A stretch of DNA of 64,000 nucleotides from an uncultured Planctomycetota bacterium (GTDB taxonomy: Bacteria > Planctomycetota > Planctomycetia > Pirellulales > Lacipirellulaceae): NCBI GenBank assembly GCA_963719315.1, contig CAVRBU010000002.1, positions 1,824,001-1,888,000 of the forward strand, written 5' to 3'. The translations under genes were made by a program, and so were the position numbers. This document shows, piece by piece, positions 29,723 through 42,242 of this stretch (positions are counted from its first letter, which is position 1; each line of letters opens with the position of its first letter). Below the pieces are notes generated by a model. That model searched no databases, was not told the origin of the DNA, and saw only the letters and a program-made list of their open reading frames with translations.

Positions 29723-30388
29723 TTAGCGCGAACTGGTGCGGTTGGCAACGGAGAACGCCAGTTGCTCGAGCTCGGTCGTCAGATCGACGCCGACCAGGCC
29801 GATGTCTTCTGGAAGGGACAGTGCCACCGGTGCAAAGTTCACAATTCCCGAGATTCCGGCCGCGACCAATTGATCGGCCGCCTGCTGGGCTTGGGCCGCT
29901 GGCACCGTGATCATGCCTAGTTGGATGTTGAGTTGGCGGACGATCTCGCCAAGCTGAGCAACATCGTAGATAGGGATTCCTTCGGCCTGCGTGCCGTACA
30001 CGCGGGGGTCGCGATCAAACGCCGCCACGATGCGAAACCCTTGGGCCGAGAAGCCTTTGTAACGCAGCAAGGCCCGGCCCATGTTGCCGACGCCGACCAT
30101 GGTGACCGTCCATTGCCGATCGGTACCCAGGATTCGGCGGATTTCGGCGATTAGCTCATCGCAGCGATAGCCAATTCCTGGATGACCAAAATGGCCGAAA
30201 TACGCGAGGTCTTTTCGGACCTGGGCATCCGTAAAGCCAAACAGCATTGCCAATTGGCTGGAACTGACCGTGGCTCGGCCGGCCCGCACCAGATGCTGAA
30301 GTTCGCGCAAGTACAGGCTCAGCCGGCTCACAACGACTGCCGGCACGTCCCGCGGCGTGGAGGCCGATTTTTGCTTGGAAGGGTGCAA
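29723..30388 (-). CDS. rex: Redox-sensing transcriptional repressor Rex
   Basis: RLSLYLR.L, SSSQLA, AQVRKDLAYFG.FG..G.GY, VGVGNMGRAL and GIVNFAP. Confidence 0.95.
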   Translation of the reverse strand: MHPSKQKSASTPRDVPAVVVSRLSLYLRELQHLVRAGRATVSSSQLAMLFGFTDAQVRKDLAYFGHFGHPGIGYRCDELIAEIRRILGTDRQWTVTMVGVGNMGRALLRYKGFSAQGFRIVAAFDRDPRVYGTQAEGIPIYDVAQLGEIVRQLNIQLGMITVPAAQAQQAADQLVAAGISGIVNFAPVALSLPEDIGLVGVDLTTELEQLAFSVANRTSSR

Positions 30389-30926
30389 CTTGGGCCCGTA
30401 GGAGTGTCGCGAATACGCCGGATTGCCGCCAGCCCCACTCTAAAAGAATGGTGATGAGGCAGCAAGTCGCCAGGCCCCCGCGGATTGCGGCAAGGCGGCT
30501 GAAACCAGCGAGACAAATGGGAGAATCAGCCCGCAAATGATCGCGGTCGCTTTATGCCGATTGCATTGTTTGCTTTTATGCTGCCGGCATTGCGGGCCGC
30601 AACTTGGGAGCACTCGGGCGCGACAGAAACCATCCTCGTTTGCGCTTGCTTCCGCCCATCCGGCGCAGCCGGCATTTAGAACAGCCGACCATGTTCGCCA
30701 ATTGGCGCACTCACTCGTCCCAAATCCCGTTGCACGAAGAGTTTACGGCAAGCAAAACTCTGCCGATTTGAAAAACTGAGTCGATTGCGAAGTGTGGTGA
30801 AATTGCGAAGTTCAGCTAAGGTGCGTTGAATTATCGGCCCGAACTAAATAGTGGCGGACTGAGCGTCCGTCTATGACCAGCCCTATTTGAACCACCCTAC
30901 GATCGAAGTACAGGAGGCACAGGAAC

Positions 30927-32426
30927 ATGAAAGGATGGATAGTTGCGCTTGCAGCCGCCGCGCTCTCGCTTGCCCCAGTCCAAGCGAATGCCGGTTTCTG
31001 CGGAGTCGCGCGTTATAGCTGTTGTGGATCGTGCTGCCAAACGCAGACGCACACGTATATGAAAACGGTGCACTGCATGGAGTACGAGCGGCAGGAGATT
31101 ACCTGCCATAAGACTGTCTGGGACCGGGTTTGTGAAGATCGCGTCATCAATTGCGTGAAGTACGTACCCGAAACGCACTCCCGCGAGGTTTGCTACACCG
31201 TGTGCAAGCCGTGTTGGGAAACCAAGACCCGCTGCTACACGGTCTGCAAGCCGTGCTGGGAAACCAAGACGCGTGAGATCTGCTACACGGTCTGCAAGCC
31301 GTGCTGGGAAACCAAGACCCGCTGCTATACGGTCTGCAAGCCGTGCTGGGAAAATCACAGCAAGGAAGTCTGCTACACCGTGTGCAAGCCGTGCTGGGAG
31401 ACCAAGACCCGCTGCTATACGGTCTGCAAGCCGTGCTGGGAGACCAAGAGCAAAGAGATTTGCTACACGGTCTGCAAGCCGTGCTGGGAAGATCGCACCG
31501 GCACCTACACGGTCTGCAAGCCGTGCTGGGAAACCAAGACGCGTGAGATCAACTACAACGTCCTGGTGCCCGTAAAGTACACCAAGACGATCCAAGTTCC
31601 GACCGGCCACTGGGAAACCGAATCCTATGAGGTTCCCGGCCCGACGTACCAAAAGTGTGTCCGCGAACCGGGCACCTGGACGTACGACGCCTGCGGTTGC
31701 AAATGCTGCTATACGCCTGGCTGCTGCCATACGGAATGCGTGCAATGCCCGCCCCGGAAGTGCTGCAAGAAGCGTTGGGTCTCGGAGTGCTGCTCGAAAG
31801 ATATCTGCTGCACGAACTGGGTCTGCGAATGCCGCAGCAAGACCTGCTGCTACAAGGTCTGCCACATGGTGCCGGAAGAAAAGACCTACTGCTACAAGGT
31901 CTGCCACATGGTGCCCGAGCAACGTAGCCGCACGGTGTGCTATCAGGTTTGCCACATGGTGCCCGAGCAGCGGACCTGCTGCTACAAGGTCTGCCACATG
32001 GTGCCTGAGCAGCGCACCCGCACGGTGTGCTGGAAGACCTGCCGCATGGTGCCCGAACAGCGGACCTGCTGCTACAAGGTCTGCCACATGGTGCCTGAGC
32101 AACGTAGCCGCACGGTGTGCTACCAGGTTTGCCATATGGTGCCCGAGCAGCGGACCTGCTGCTACAAGGTCTGCCACATGGTGCCCGAGCAGCGTACCCG
32201 CACGGTGTGCTACACGGTCTGCAAGCCGGTTTGCTACCAACGCACGATTCAGGTCTCGAAGTGCGTGCCGCGCTGCGTGCCGTACACTGTGACCCGCTGC
32301 GTGCCGCACTGCGTGTGCAAGCAAGTCCCGGTTACCGTGACCGTCACCTGCCCGTGCTGCTGCGGTTGCAACGGTGGTTGCGACGGCGGCGAAGCCAGCG
32401 GCTCCGGCTGCGGTTGCGGTAACTAG
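30927..32426 (+). CDS. Secreted cysteine-rich tandem-repeat protein, function unknown
   Basis: AGGAGG/AGGA upstream and a signal peptide ending QANA. About 85 Cys in 499 aa (manual count), with 8 CYTVCKPCWE and 8 CYKVCHMVPE repeats. Followed by a terminator. Confidence 0.9.
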   Translation: MKGWIVALAAAALSLAPVQANAGFCGVARYSCCGSCCQTQTHTYMKTVHCMEYERQEITCHKTVWDRVCEDRVINCVKYVPETHSREVCYTVCKPCWETKTRCYTVCKPCWETKTREICYTVCKPCWETKTRCYTVCKPCWENHSKEVCYTVCKPCWETKTRCYTVCKPCWETKSKEICYTVCKPCWEDRTGTYTVCKPCWETKTREINYNVLVPVKYTKTIQVPTGHWETESYEVPGPTYQKCVREPGTWTYDACGCKCCYTPGCCHTECVQCPPRKCCKKRWVSECCSKDICCTNWVCECRSKTCCYKVCHMVPEEKTYCYKVCHMVPEQRSRTVCYQVCHMVPEQRTCCYKVCHMVPEQRTRTVCWKTCRMVPEQRTCCYKVCHMVPEQRSRTVCYQVCHMVPEQRTCCYKVCHMVPEQRTRTVCYTVCKPVCYQRTIQVSKCVPRCVPYTVTRCVPHCVCKQVPVTVTVTCPCCCGCNGGCDGGEASGSGCGCGN

Positions 32427-32484
32427 CTCACGTCATAGCCTCCCTTCCCGCGTAGGGAAGTGCGGCTGGTCAACTGAAACCCAC

Positions 32485-32521
32485 AAGCGGGCCGGCTCGA
32501 AAGAGCCGGCCCGCTTTATTT
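32485..32521 (+). terminator. Intrinsic terminator after the Cys-rich gene
   Basis: AAGCGGGCCGGCTC-gaaa-GAGCCGGCCCGCTT followed by TATTT. Confidence 0.85.
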
Positions 32522-32570
32522 CGTTGTGGCGATAGGCGGCTCGCCCGTCATGTCCCTCGTCAAAAAGCGA

Positions 32571-34723
32571 TTACTTGTCGATCTTCCTATCCGCCAGCAA
32601 CAACTCTCGAATAATCTCGATTTTGAAGCTACGGAGCGTCGGGCCTGCAATCGTGGAATCATCGAGCATGACATTTCCGTCGGGTCCGATAAGCACGTAA
32701 CTCGGATAGCCGGAAATGCCGTGCGCTTTGTAACTTGCCAGGATGCGGCCGTCTGGATAATCGACCACAATCGGGTAGGTCAGCTTTTCCTTCTCTGCGT
32801 CCTTCTTGATGGCTTCTAGCGGCATCGAATTGTCGTGGATGCCAATTACGACGAGCCCCTGTCGCGATAAGCGCTCTCAACGAGCCGAATGCTCGGCATG
32901 TCGGCATGACAGGGGCCGCACCAAGTCGTCCAGAATTGCAAGAGCACATACTTCCCGTGGAAATCGGCCAGCGACGGATGCTCGTTTCACGCGTTCAACC
33001 AGGAGGCGCCGTCGAGCTCCGGCGCGGGTTTGCCGGCCAGCGAGATCGCGGCGAGGTTCTTCGTTCGATCCGCGGGCACGACGCCGCGCCCCCACGAGTT
33101 TAAGTCATTCGTGATTTTGGTTACGAGTTGTTCATGGCCCTGCGGTTCCAAACGCAATTCTATGTTTCGGAGCGAATTGGGCTCATCCAATCGAATGTCC
33201 GCCGCGCATCCAGAGGCTCTGTGGGATGAAACGCGACGATCGTTTGAGCTGGCAATCGCTCATGCGTCTGAAAGTCTTCCGGAATCCAGGGTGGTGACAG
33301 TTCAAATCTGCCTTCGGCGTCGGTAATCACCGGATTAACGGCATATGTCAGCATCGAACCACGAAATCGCACCACGGCGCCGGGGACAGGCTTTCCATCC
33401 GTGCCGACGACCAGGCCGCGAACTTTCAGAATCGGGCTGGTCACTAAATCCGGCACGACCGTCGAGCCGTCGGCGGCGGCGACGACATCCTGCCAAGGCG
33501 GGTCGGCCACCAATTCTTGGCCCTTGAAGTTGATGCGTGCCTTACCGGCGGCGACCTTCAACTCGTAGTTGCCGTTCTCATCCGTTTCGGCCCAATCGGC
33601 ATGCATCCATTCGTCGGCAAAGCGCGCGAATGGCCCGGATTGTTCGCCTGAATTGACCTCGCCTTGAACGGTCGTCTTGGCCACGGGCTTTCCCGTTTCG
33701 CGATCGACGACCCGGCCGCGGACTTTCACTTTGCGTTTCAAGTGAAAATCGAAGCGGTCATTGCCGGCCGAGATTTTGAACGGCTCCGATTCATCGGCAA
33801 CCGATCGGCCATAACGTAACATGTAGGTCGGCACCGCGACGAAATCCGGATGGCGCAGGCGAAACCAGGTGAATTTGCCCGCAGCCACGGCCACTACGGC
33901 CGTTCCATCGGACTTGATCTCCGGCACCTGGCTAATCAAGGTCGACATCGCGTCGAAGTCGTCGTTCCGCAAATCCATGACGAGCGATTTGGGGAGTTTC
34001 TCGCCGGTTTCCATAGCGACATGCAGGTGCAACTGGACGCCCGCGGGCAATTTGATGCTCGCGCTCGTGCCGACCGGAAGTTCCGCTGCCTTGCCGGGGG
34101 CAAACTCCTGGTGAACGATACGCACTTCGATCTTGCCGGGCGGTAAGGGCGGCAGTTGCAAGTCGCCATTCGCGGCGCTCGGGGCCACGGCGTGGCCCAT
34201 CGTTTCGAGCGTCTGCGGAGTGAGCAGGGTTGTGCCATTGGGGCCGGTGTGCGAGACGGTCCATAATCGCGCGGCGGCGATTGGCTGGCCGGCCTCAGTC
34301 TCAATACGGACTTTGGTCGCAAGCGGCCGGCCGAGAGCGATCGAGCTTTCGTAAGACTGATCGTCGTCCGCAAAGATGACCTGGCAAAATCCGAGGGCGT
34401 CGGGCGACGTGGCGATCACGAGATACGATTCTTCGGTCGAAACGCGGTCGACCACGACGTCGCCGGCCTGGTCGGACTTCGTGTCGCGATCGACGGATTG
34501 CCAGCGGCGCGAGTCCTGATCGAACGTGAACAGTCGCAGTTGCGCCGGCAATTGGCTGGCCGGATTCGTTCTTGACGTGCAGCTTAATATGGCCCTGGTT
34601 GGGCTTGGCGGAGTCGGCCGTTTCCGCTGCGGCGAGGAATGCGTGGATTTGCAACATGGCTAGCGCCAATGTCGCGAGATGCACGAGCTTTGCCCGCAGT
34701 CGAGATTTTGCGTGCCTCCACAT
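32571..34723 (-). pseudogene. Secreted protein with carboxypeptidase-regulatory-like beta domains and a C-terminal TlpA/redoxin domain; several lesions
   Basis: Signal peptide (34723), repeated V.GRVVD..G.PV.GA domains and GKYVLLQFWTTWCGPC...YPSYVLIGPDG. Frameshifts near 34540, 33200 and 32858; in-frame TGA at 32987-32989. Confidence 0.75.
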
Positions 34724-34822
34724 CCAAGCACCTCTGAATTTGGTCAGATTTCGGTCAATCTGGATGAGTAAATAATAATGGGTCGCGACAGGCTGGACCT
34801 TAAGAGCGTGTAACAAAACACT

Positions 34823-34876
34823 GGGGGGTCAGTCCCATTTTGCTGTGAAGACTCCACAAAATTGGGACAGTCCCCG
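34823..34876. repeat. REP-like inverted repeat
   Basis: GGGGTCAGTCCCATTTTG ... CAAAATTGGGACAGTCCCC. Confidence 0.55.
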
Positions 34877-35084
34877 GCCGTTTTGTTTCACGCTCTCAGT
34901 ATAGCGAATCACAGTGCCTCGGCGGATTTTGAAATTGGCCTGGACGGGCAATGCGGCCGACAACGCATATTCAAAGACCGAAACCGCACCCACGAAGAAC
35001 GGCCACAACGGCTCGTGAATGGTCTAATGGCAATTCAAGCAGATTCGGTGAGCGCGTGTGTCGGTTGCTGAATCGCTTCGTGCC

Positions 35085-35129
35085 AAATAAACAGAGCGGG
35101 GGCCTTCGTGCTCACGCGGCCCCCGCTCT
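35085..35129 (-). terminator. Probable terminator downstream of the CsrA-receiver gene
   Basis: 12-bp stem AGAGCGGGGGCC/GGCCCCCGCTCT followed on the minus strand by GTTTATTT. Confidence 0.6.
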
Positions 35130-35226
35130 CTGGCTGGCAACAAATTGGTCCGCATCTTGCGGGCAAGTGATCCCAATCCGTGAGATGGTCGCCGAGGCGA
35201 CCCCACTTTGCCTTTTCGTAGCGAGC

Positions 35227-36036
35227 TTACGCCAGTACGCGTTCGATGTGCAGTTCGTCGCGAAGCGCTTCGAGCAACGCTTTGGGGTTGAGGGGCTTGG
35301 TGAACCAGCGGTCCACGCCATTGGGCCCGAGGCTGATGTTCATGTCCTCGGGCCGCGTGCCGCTGACCGCGAACAGCTTCAGGCCACGGTAGTCGGGATT
35401 GCTGCGAATGGCCGAAATTGTTTTGCGGCCGTCGAACCGTGGCATGCGAATATCGAGCAGCACGACGTCAGGCGCCTTTTCGGTAAGCCGGACCATCGCC
35501 TGCAGGCCGTCGGCCGCCGTATCCACGTCGAAGCCGCTCACACGCAGGCAGCCGGCCAATAGTTCGCGTTCATTGTCGTCGTCTTCAACGACCAGCGCGC
35601 TGTGATGAGGTTCGTCACCGCTGGAAATCGGTAAATCCAATTTTTGCGGTTTTCGCTCGGCCGGGCCGTCGAGTTGGTTTTCAATCGCCTTCAACTCGTT
35701 GAAGATCTTGAAAATCGTAGTTTCGGCGTCGCTCAGATCGCCAATTTCAATTTTCTGGTGGAGTAAATGCAGGCCGAGCGCCGCCGCATTGAGGCGATTG
35801 CGTGTGGCATGGTTCAGCTTTGCGGCCAACGCCTCCACGGGCGTGGGGAATTTCAGCGTTTCGGCTTCTCCATTAGCCGCGATCCGCTCCGATACTTCGT
35901 GCCGATGCACCGGAATCTCGTGCGGCGCCTCGATGCCCAGTCGCACCTTGTTGCCCGCCACGCGCAGGATTTCTACGCTGATGCCGAGCGTGGGGAATAC
36001 CACTTTGTCGTTGCGGCCGCGGGAAAGGACAAGCAT
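35227..36036 (-). CDS. CsrA domain-receiver domain fusion protein
   Basis: N-terminal MLVLSR...I.VEIL.V.GNKVRLGIEAP.EIPVHR.E (CsrA). C-terminal LVVEDD...VLLDIRMPRFDG...FTKP (REC). Confidence 0.9.
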   Translation of the reverse strand: MLVLSRGRNDKVVFPTLGISVEILRVAGNKVRLGIEAPHEIPVHRHEVSERIAANGEAETLKFPTPVEALAAKLNHATRNRLNAAALGLHLLHQKIEIGDLSDAETTIFKIFNELKAIENQLDGPAERKPQKLDLPISSGDEPHHSALVVEDDDNERELLAGCLRVSGFDVDTAADGLQAMVRLTEKAPDVVLLDIRMPRFDGRKTISAIRSNPDYRGLKLFAVSGTRPEDMNISLGPNGVDRWFTKPLNPKALLEALRDELHIERVLA

Positions 36037-36041
36037 AACGA

Positions 36042-36117
36042 GGACTCCTTATGTTCGGTCGTCGGCGTTTTCTATCTATCAGCCAAACGACGCAGCAATG
36101 TGTGACCTAAGGAGTCC
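36042..36117 (-). promoter_or_regulatory. Leader stem that could sequester the SD of the CsrA-receiver gene
   Basis: On the mRNA, GGACUCCUUA (36117-36108) is a perfect complement of UAAGGAGUCC (36051-36042), 5 nt before the AUG. Confidence 0.6.
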
Positions 36118-36272
36118 GTTCCCGGTCGCACGATATTCGCGATCACCATTGTTCTAATTCGCCCGCGATAAAAGCCACAAGATCAGAATTCACGAAATTT
36201 TGACCGCTAGCGAACCCAGTCGGCGACCACGACTGTTTGTCACGCAAATGGCGCACGATTATGATCGTCAAT

Positions 36273-37373
36273 ATGAAAAAATATCCAATTCCAATAATTG
36301 CTTTACTGATTCTCTTGCGCTGCATGACCACGATGGCGAATGACGAAAGCAAACTCGCGGAAAAGGTCGAATCGGCGCTGCCGCCGCATGTCGGCGCGGG
36401 CGTGTTGGCAATCGACCACGGCGAGATCGTCTTCGAGCACGCTAGCGGCCTGGCGGATGTCGAAACCAATTCGCCCTGCACCCCCGAAACGAATTTCCGA
36501 TTGGCCAGCGTGTCCAAGCAATTCACGGCAACTGCCGTAATGCTGCTGGCTGACCGCGGCAAACTTTCGCTCGATGACAAGCTCACGAAGTTCTTCCCAG
36601 ATTTTCAGGATTACGGCGACAAGATCACGGTCAAACATCTGCTGACGCATACCTCCGGCTTGCCGGCCTACGAGGGCCTCATTCCGCCGGGGACCACACT
36701 GCAACTCGACGACTACGACGTGCTGCACCTCCTAATGGATACAAAGGCGCCACGGTTCGCAGCAGGTGCAAAATTCGAATACTCGAATTCGGGCTACACG
36801 CTGCTCGGCTTGATCGTCGAACAAGTCTCGCACAAGCCGTTTCACGAATTCATGGCAAGCGAAATCTTCCAGCCGCTCGGAATGGACCACAGCGTTGTGT
36901 ATCAGCGCGGATTGAATGCGGTTTCAAATCGCGCCTATGGCCACGAAAAACGCGACGGCAAATGGATTCGTTCGGACCAGAGCCTCACGAGCGCTGTCCG
37001 CGGCGACGGCGGTGTCTACACTTCGCTCCGAGACTACCGCAAATGGCTGCAGGGCATCGACGATCAAAGACTCGTCAGCGAGGCGTCCTATCAGGCCATG
37101 TTCTCACCGCAGGTCGAGACCGATCGTAATGGCAGCCACTATGGTTACGGTTGGTTCTTGGACGAATACCGCGGCGAGCCGCGCATCCATCACAACGGCG
37201 ACACACAAGGTTTCCGCGCGTGTGTGCAGCGCTTTCCCCAGCGGCGTGCGGCAATTCTCATTCTGTTCAATTGTGAGGTGGAAGACGACCAAATGACGAA
37301 AATCGGCGAGCGCGTGGCTAATACGCTGCTTTTCGAAAATGCGCTAAGCCGCCAGCGACCCCTAACGGCTTAG
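36273..37373 (+). CDS. Serine hydrolase (beta-lactamase class C-like)
   Basis: FRLASVSKQF (SxxK), LLTHTSG, YSNSGY and HNGD. Confidence 0.9.
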   Translation: MKKYPIPIIALLILLRCMTTMANDESKLAEKVESALPPHVGAGVLAIDHGEIVFEHASGLADVETNSPCTPETNFRLASVSKQFTATAVMLLADRGKLSLDDKLTKFFPDFQDYGDKITVKHLLTHTSGLPAYEGLIPPGTTLQLDDYDVLHLLMDTKAPRFAAGAKFEYSNSGYTLLGLIVEQVSHKPFHEFMASEIFQPLGMDHSVVYQRGLNAVSNRAYGHEKRDGKWIRSDQSLTSAVRGDGGVYTSLRDYRKWLQGIDDQRLVSEASYQAMFSPQVETDRNGSHYGYGWFLDEYRGEPRIHHNGDTQGFRACVQRFPQRRAAILILFNCEVEDDQMTKIGERVANTLLFENALSRQRPLTA

Positions 37374-37576
37374 CGCGCTTTCTGATTGCGGTTCCAGGGC
37401 ATCTTATAGAGACACGCCCGTGTCCCGCAGCGGTTCGTGAATCCCGTGGCTATCTGCCCCGCGCCGATGAATCCGGCTAGCAAATACCAGTACGGATTTA
37501 CGTACCAACCAAGAATCACGCTGAGCACGATCAAGGTCCCATGCACGATTTTGATCTGCCGTTCGACGGGCGACAT
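37370..37576 (-). CDS. DUF2892/YgaP-like membrane protein
   Basis: VERQI.IV.G, two TM helices, G.T..CG....L.KMPWN. Confidence 0.85.
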   Translation of the reverse strand: MSPVERQIKIVHGTLIVLSVILGWYVNPYWYLLAGFIGAGQIATGFTNRCGTRACLYKMPWNRNQKAR

Positions 37577-37578
37577 CT

Positions 37579-37920
37579 TTACGCTCCTTGCTCGGTGGGC
37601 AGCCCTGCCAGGTACCAGGCCTGTGTGCCGCCCTCGACATTGACGACGTTTTCATAGCCGGCGGCCATCATCGCTTCGCAAGCCCATGCGCTGCGTGCGC
37701 CAACCGCGCAGATAAAGTACATGGGCTCCTCGGCCGAGGTAACGCGTGACTTCAAGATCGCCTTGGGTTTGAATGAATCGAGCGGCGCATTGCGCGCGCG
37801 AGCAGCGTGTAACTCGGCAAACTCTTGCGGCGTTCGAACATCGATGAGATCGATCGGCCCCAGCGAACTGGCGCGATGCAATTCGACGCAGCCAATTGTC
37901 TTAATGCTCGATTCGCTCAT
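37579..37920 (-). CDS. Rhodanese-like domain protein
   Basis: LIDVRTPQEF...H, ICAVGARS and NVEGGT.AW..AGLP. Confidence 0.9.
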   Translation of the reverse strand: MSESSIKTIGCVELHRASSLGPIDLIDVRTPQEFAELHAARARNAPLDSFKPKAILKSRVTSAEEPMYFICAVGARSAWACEAMMAAGYENVVNVEGGTQAWYLAGLPTEQGA

Positions 37921-38566
37921 CGTGCGCCGAATGTGATTTGTCGGATGCCACATCGTCGGCAGACTCCTGGCCCGCGCGTACGCGTGAATGCTCGCTCCGC
38001 GACAGGTATACCAGGGCTACGAAATCGTACAACCCGTGCGCGACCATCGGCGCAATCAGATCGTGGTAGTGGAGTGCCAACCACCCGAGGAACGCGCCGA
38101 CCGCGACGGCGAATGCAAAGTAAAGTTTCGACAGCGCGTGGGCCATTCCGAAAACGAAACTGGCCAGCAGCAAACCCACGAGAGGCGTCGTCCACTCTCC
38201 CAGTTTTGTTTGCAAGACGCCGCGAAACAGCAGCTCCTCGCCCACGCCGGCCAACGCCGCGACCAACGCAAATTGCGGCACGCTCGCGCTGGGAAACATT
38301 TCACGAACTAACCATCCGACCTGTTCGCGCAACTGTCGAAACGGCCGCCATTGCGAGTTCACCAGATACCAGAAGACCATCAGCATCGGCAGCGTCGCCA
38401 ACAAGCCGCGGGCAATCGCGGCGACCAATGGCGTTCCGATCGTTGCAAACTGCTCGCGTAACGAAACTTTGAACAGCCAGGCGAGTACGACGGCGGCCAG
38501 CGCCAGGCCGCCCTCGACCAAGACAGCCATTGCGAAGCCATCGGAACGTTCTGTACGGGAGTTCAT
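37901..38566 (-). CDS. CPBP (Abi/CAAX) intramembrane metalloprotease
   Basis: Motifs EELLFRG, FGMAH and AHGLYD. Confidence 0.9.
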   Translation of the reverse strand: MNSRTERSDGFAMAVLVEGGLALAAVVLAWLFKVSLREQFATIGTPLVAAIARGLLATLPMLMVFWYLVNSQWRPFRQLREQVGWLVREMFPSASVPQFALVAALAGVGEELLFRGVLQTKLGEWTTPLVGLLLASFVFGMAHALSKLYFAFAVAVGAFLGWLALHYHDLIAPMVAHGLYDFVALVYLSRSEHSRVRAGQESADDVASDKSHSAHDERIEH

Positions 38567-38824
38567 TTAAACTGAAGTATCGCGCGATCCAAGAGTGACC
38601 CACGCCGAGCGCAATCAGCATGTTCGCCTTGACGACCCGCCGACGATAGGGCTACATTAACCGATTCGCATTCGCCGCAACTTCTCCTAGTCCTAAGACT
38701 CAGAGAGCTTCGCAGTTCCAGCGGCTTCAACGTAAGGCGGACGTCCGCGTCCGTCAATTAATCGATCAAGCGACGACGGCAAACGTCGTCCGTTCTAAAT
38801 TCTTTTGTTCGGATGGGTGTTTAC

Positions 38825-41575
<2,751 letters not shown>

Positions 41576-41651
41576 GGCGAGGCGCGAGTGGCGAGGAGCG
41601 AGGTGGGCCGCAAGTGCGAGTGAACCACTCGATTGCCGAAGGCCAATCACT

Positions 41652-41734
41652 GTAGGTCCCTTCTGCCGGAAGGGACCTTCGCGAATTGCCGAGAATGCGA
41701 CCTCGCGAGGTCCGGCTCGGCAAGCGGGCCCTAC
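41652..41734. repeat. GTAG-footed REP doublet (family A, second copy)
   Basis: GTAGGTCCCTTCTGCCGGAAGGGACCT...AGGTCCGGCTCGGCAAGCGGGCCCTAC; both arms match 1763-1847 inverted. Confidence 0.75.
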
Positions 41735-42242
41735 TTTTGCGCCGCTTGTTTGACGTGGTTTGCGCAAAACGCGTTGGCGGCCGTGATCCAGACGTTTTTG
41801 CAGCGGCACTTTTTGCAAGCTGTGCTGCAACCCATGCGGCGGCAACGGTTTACGTTTTGTGCGCCGAGCGGGGGTCCCACATACTCGATGCAAAACTCCC
41901 GAGTTTTGCACCACGCGACGTCGGAAAACCACTCGACCAAGAGCGCGCGACGCACACTCGAGCGCGCAGAACGCGCGGATTTTACTTCCATTTCGGCGCG
42001 AAGCGTGCTTGGCTGAAAGCTGACGGCTGACGGCTTCTTCCCAACTTTTCAAAGAACGAACGCGGCTGGATTGCAGCGTGACTGGACCCTAGCGGATTTC
42101 TAAACGGATGTACACACTCTATTTTTGGCCGCGCGGATGTAGAGACATTCTTCGTACAGCGGGAAAGCAAGAGTTTACAGGTTAGGGGAAGACGCAAGGC
42201 GGAAGGGGGAGTGCGGAATGGGGAAGGGGGTGGCGCCCTGCG

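Noticed and set aside
30389..30926. Rex operator controlling the Cys-rich gene
   Set aside because: No convincing TTGTGAA-N4-TTCACAA palindrome found by eye.
31191..32207. Regular 42/48-nt repeats as a CRISPR array
   Set aside because: Units are multiples of three, vary mainly at synonymous positions, have no unique spacers and lie in an ORF with a signal peptide. No cas genes are present.
30897..32324. 475-aa antisense ORF over the Cys-rich gene
   Set aside because: Shadow of the repetitive plus-strand gene. The RBS, signal peptide and terminator all support the plus strand.
32987..32989. Selenocysteine reading of the in-frame TGA in the redoxin gene
   Set aside because: The TGA is not at the CxxC site (WCGPC has both Cys), and the gene carries three further lesions.
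41735..42240. Short ORFs between ppdK and the PEP-CTERM gene
   Set aside because: No motifs or clear RBS, and they overlap REP and heptamer relics; left unannotated.
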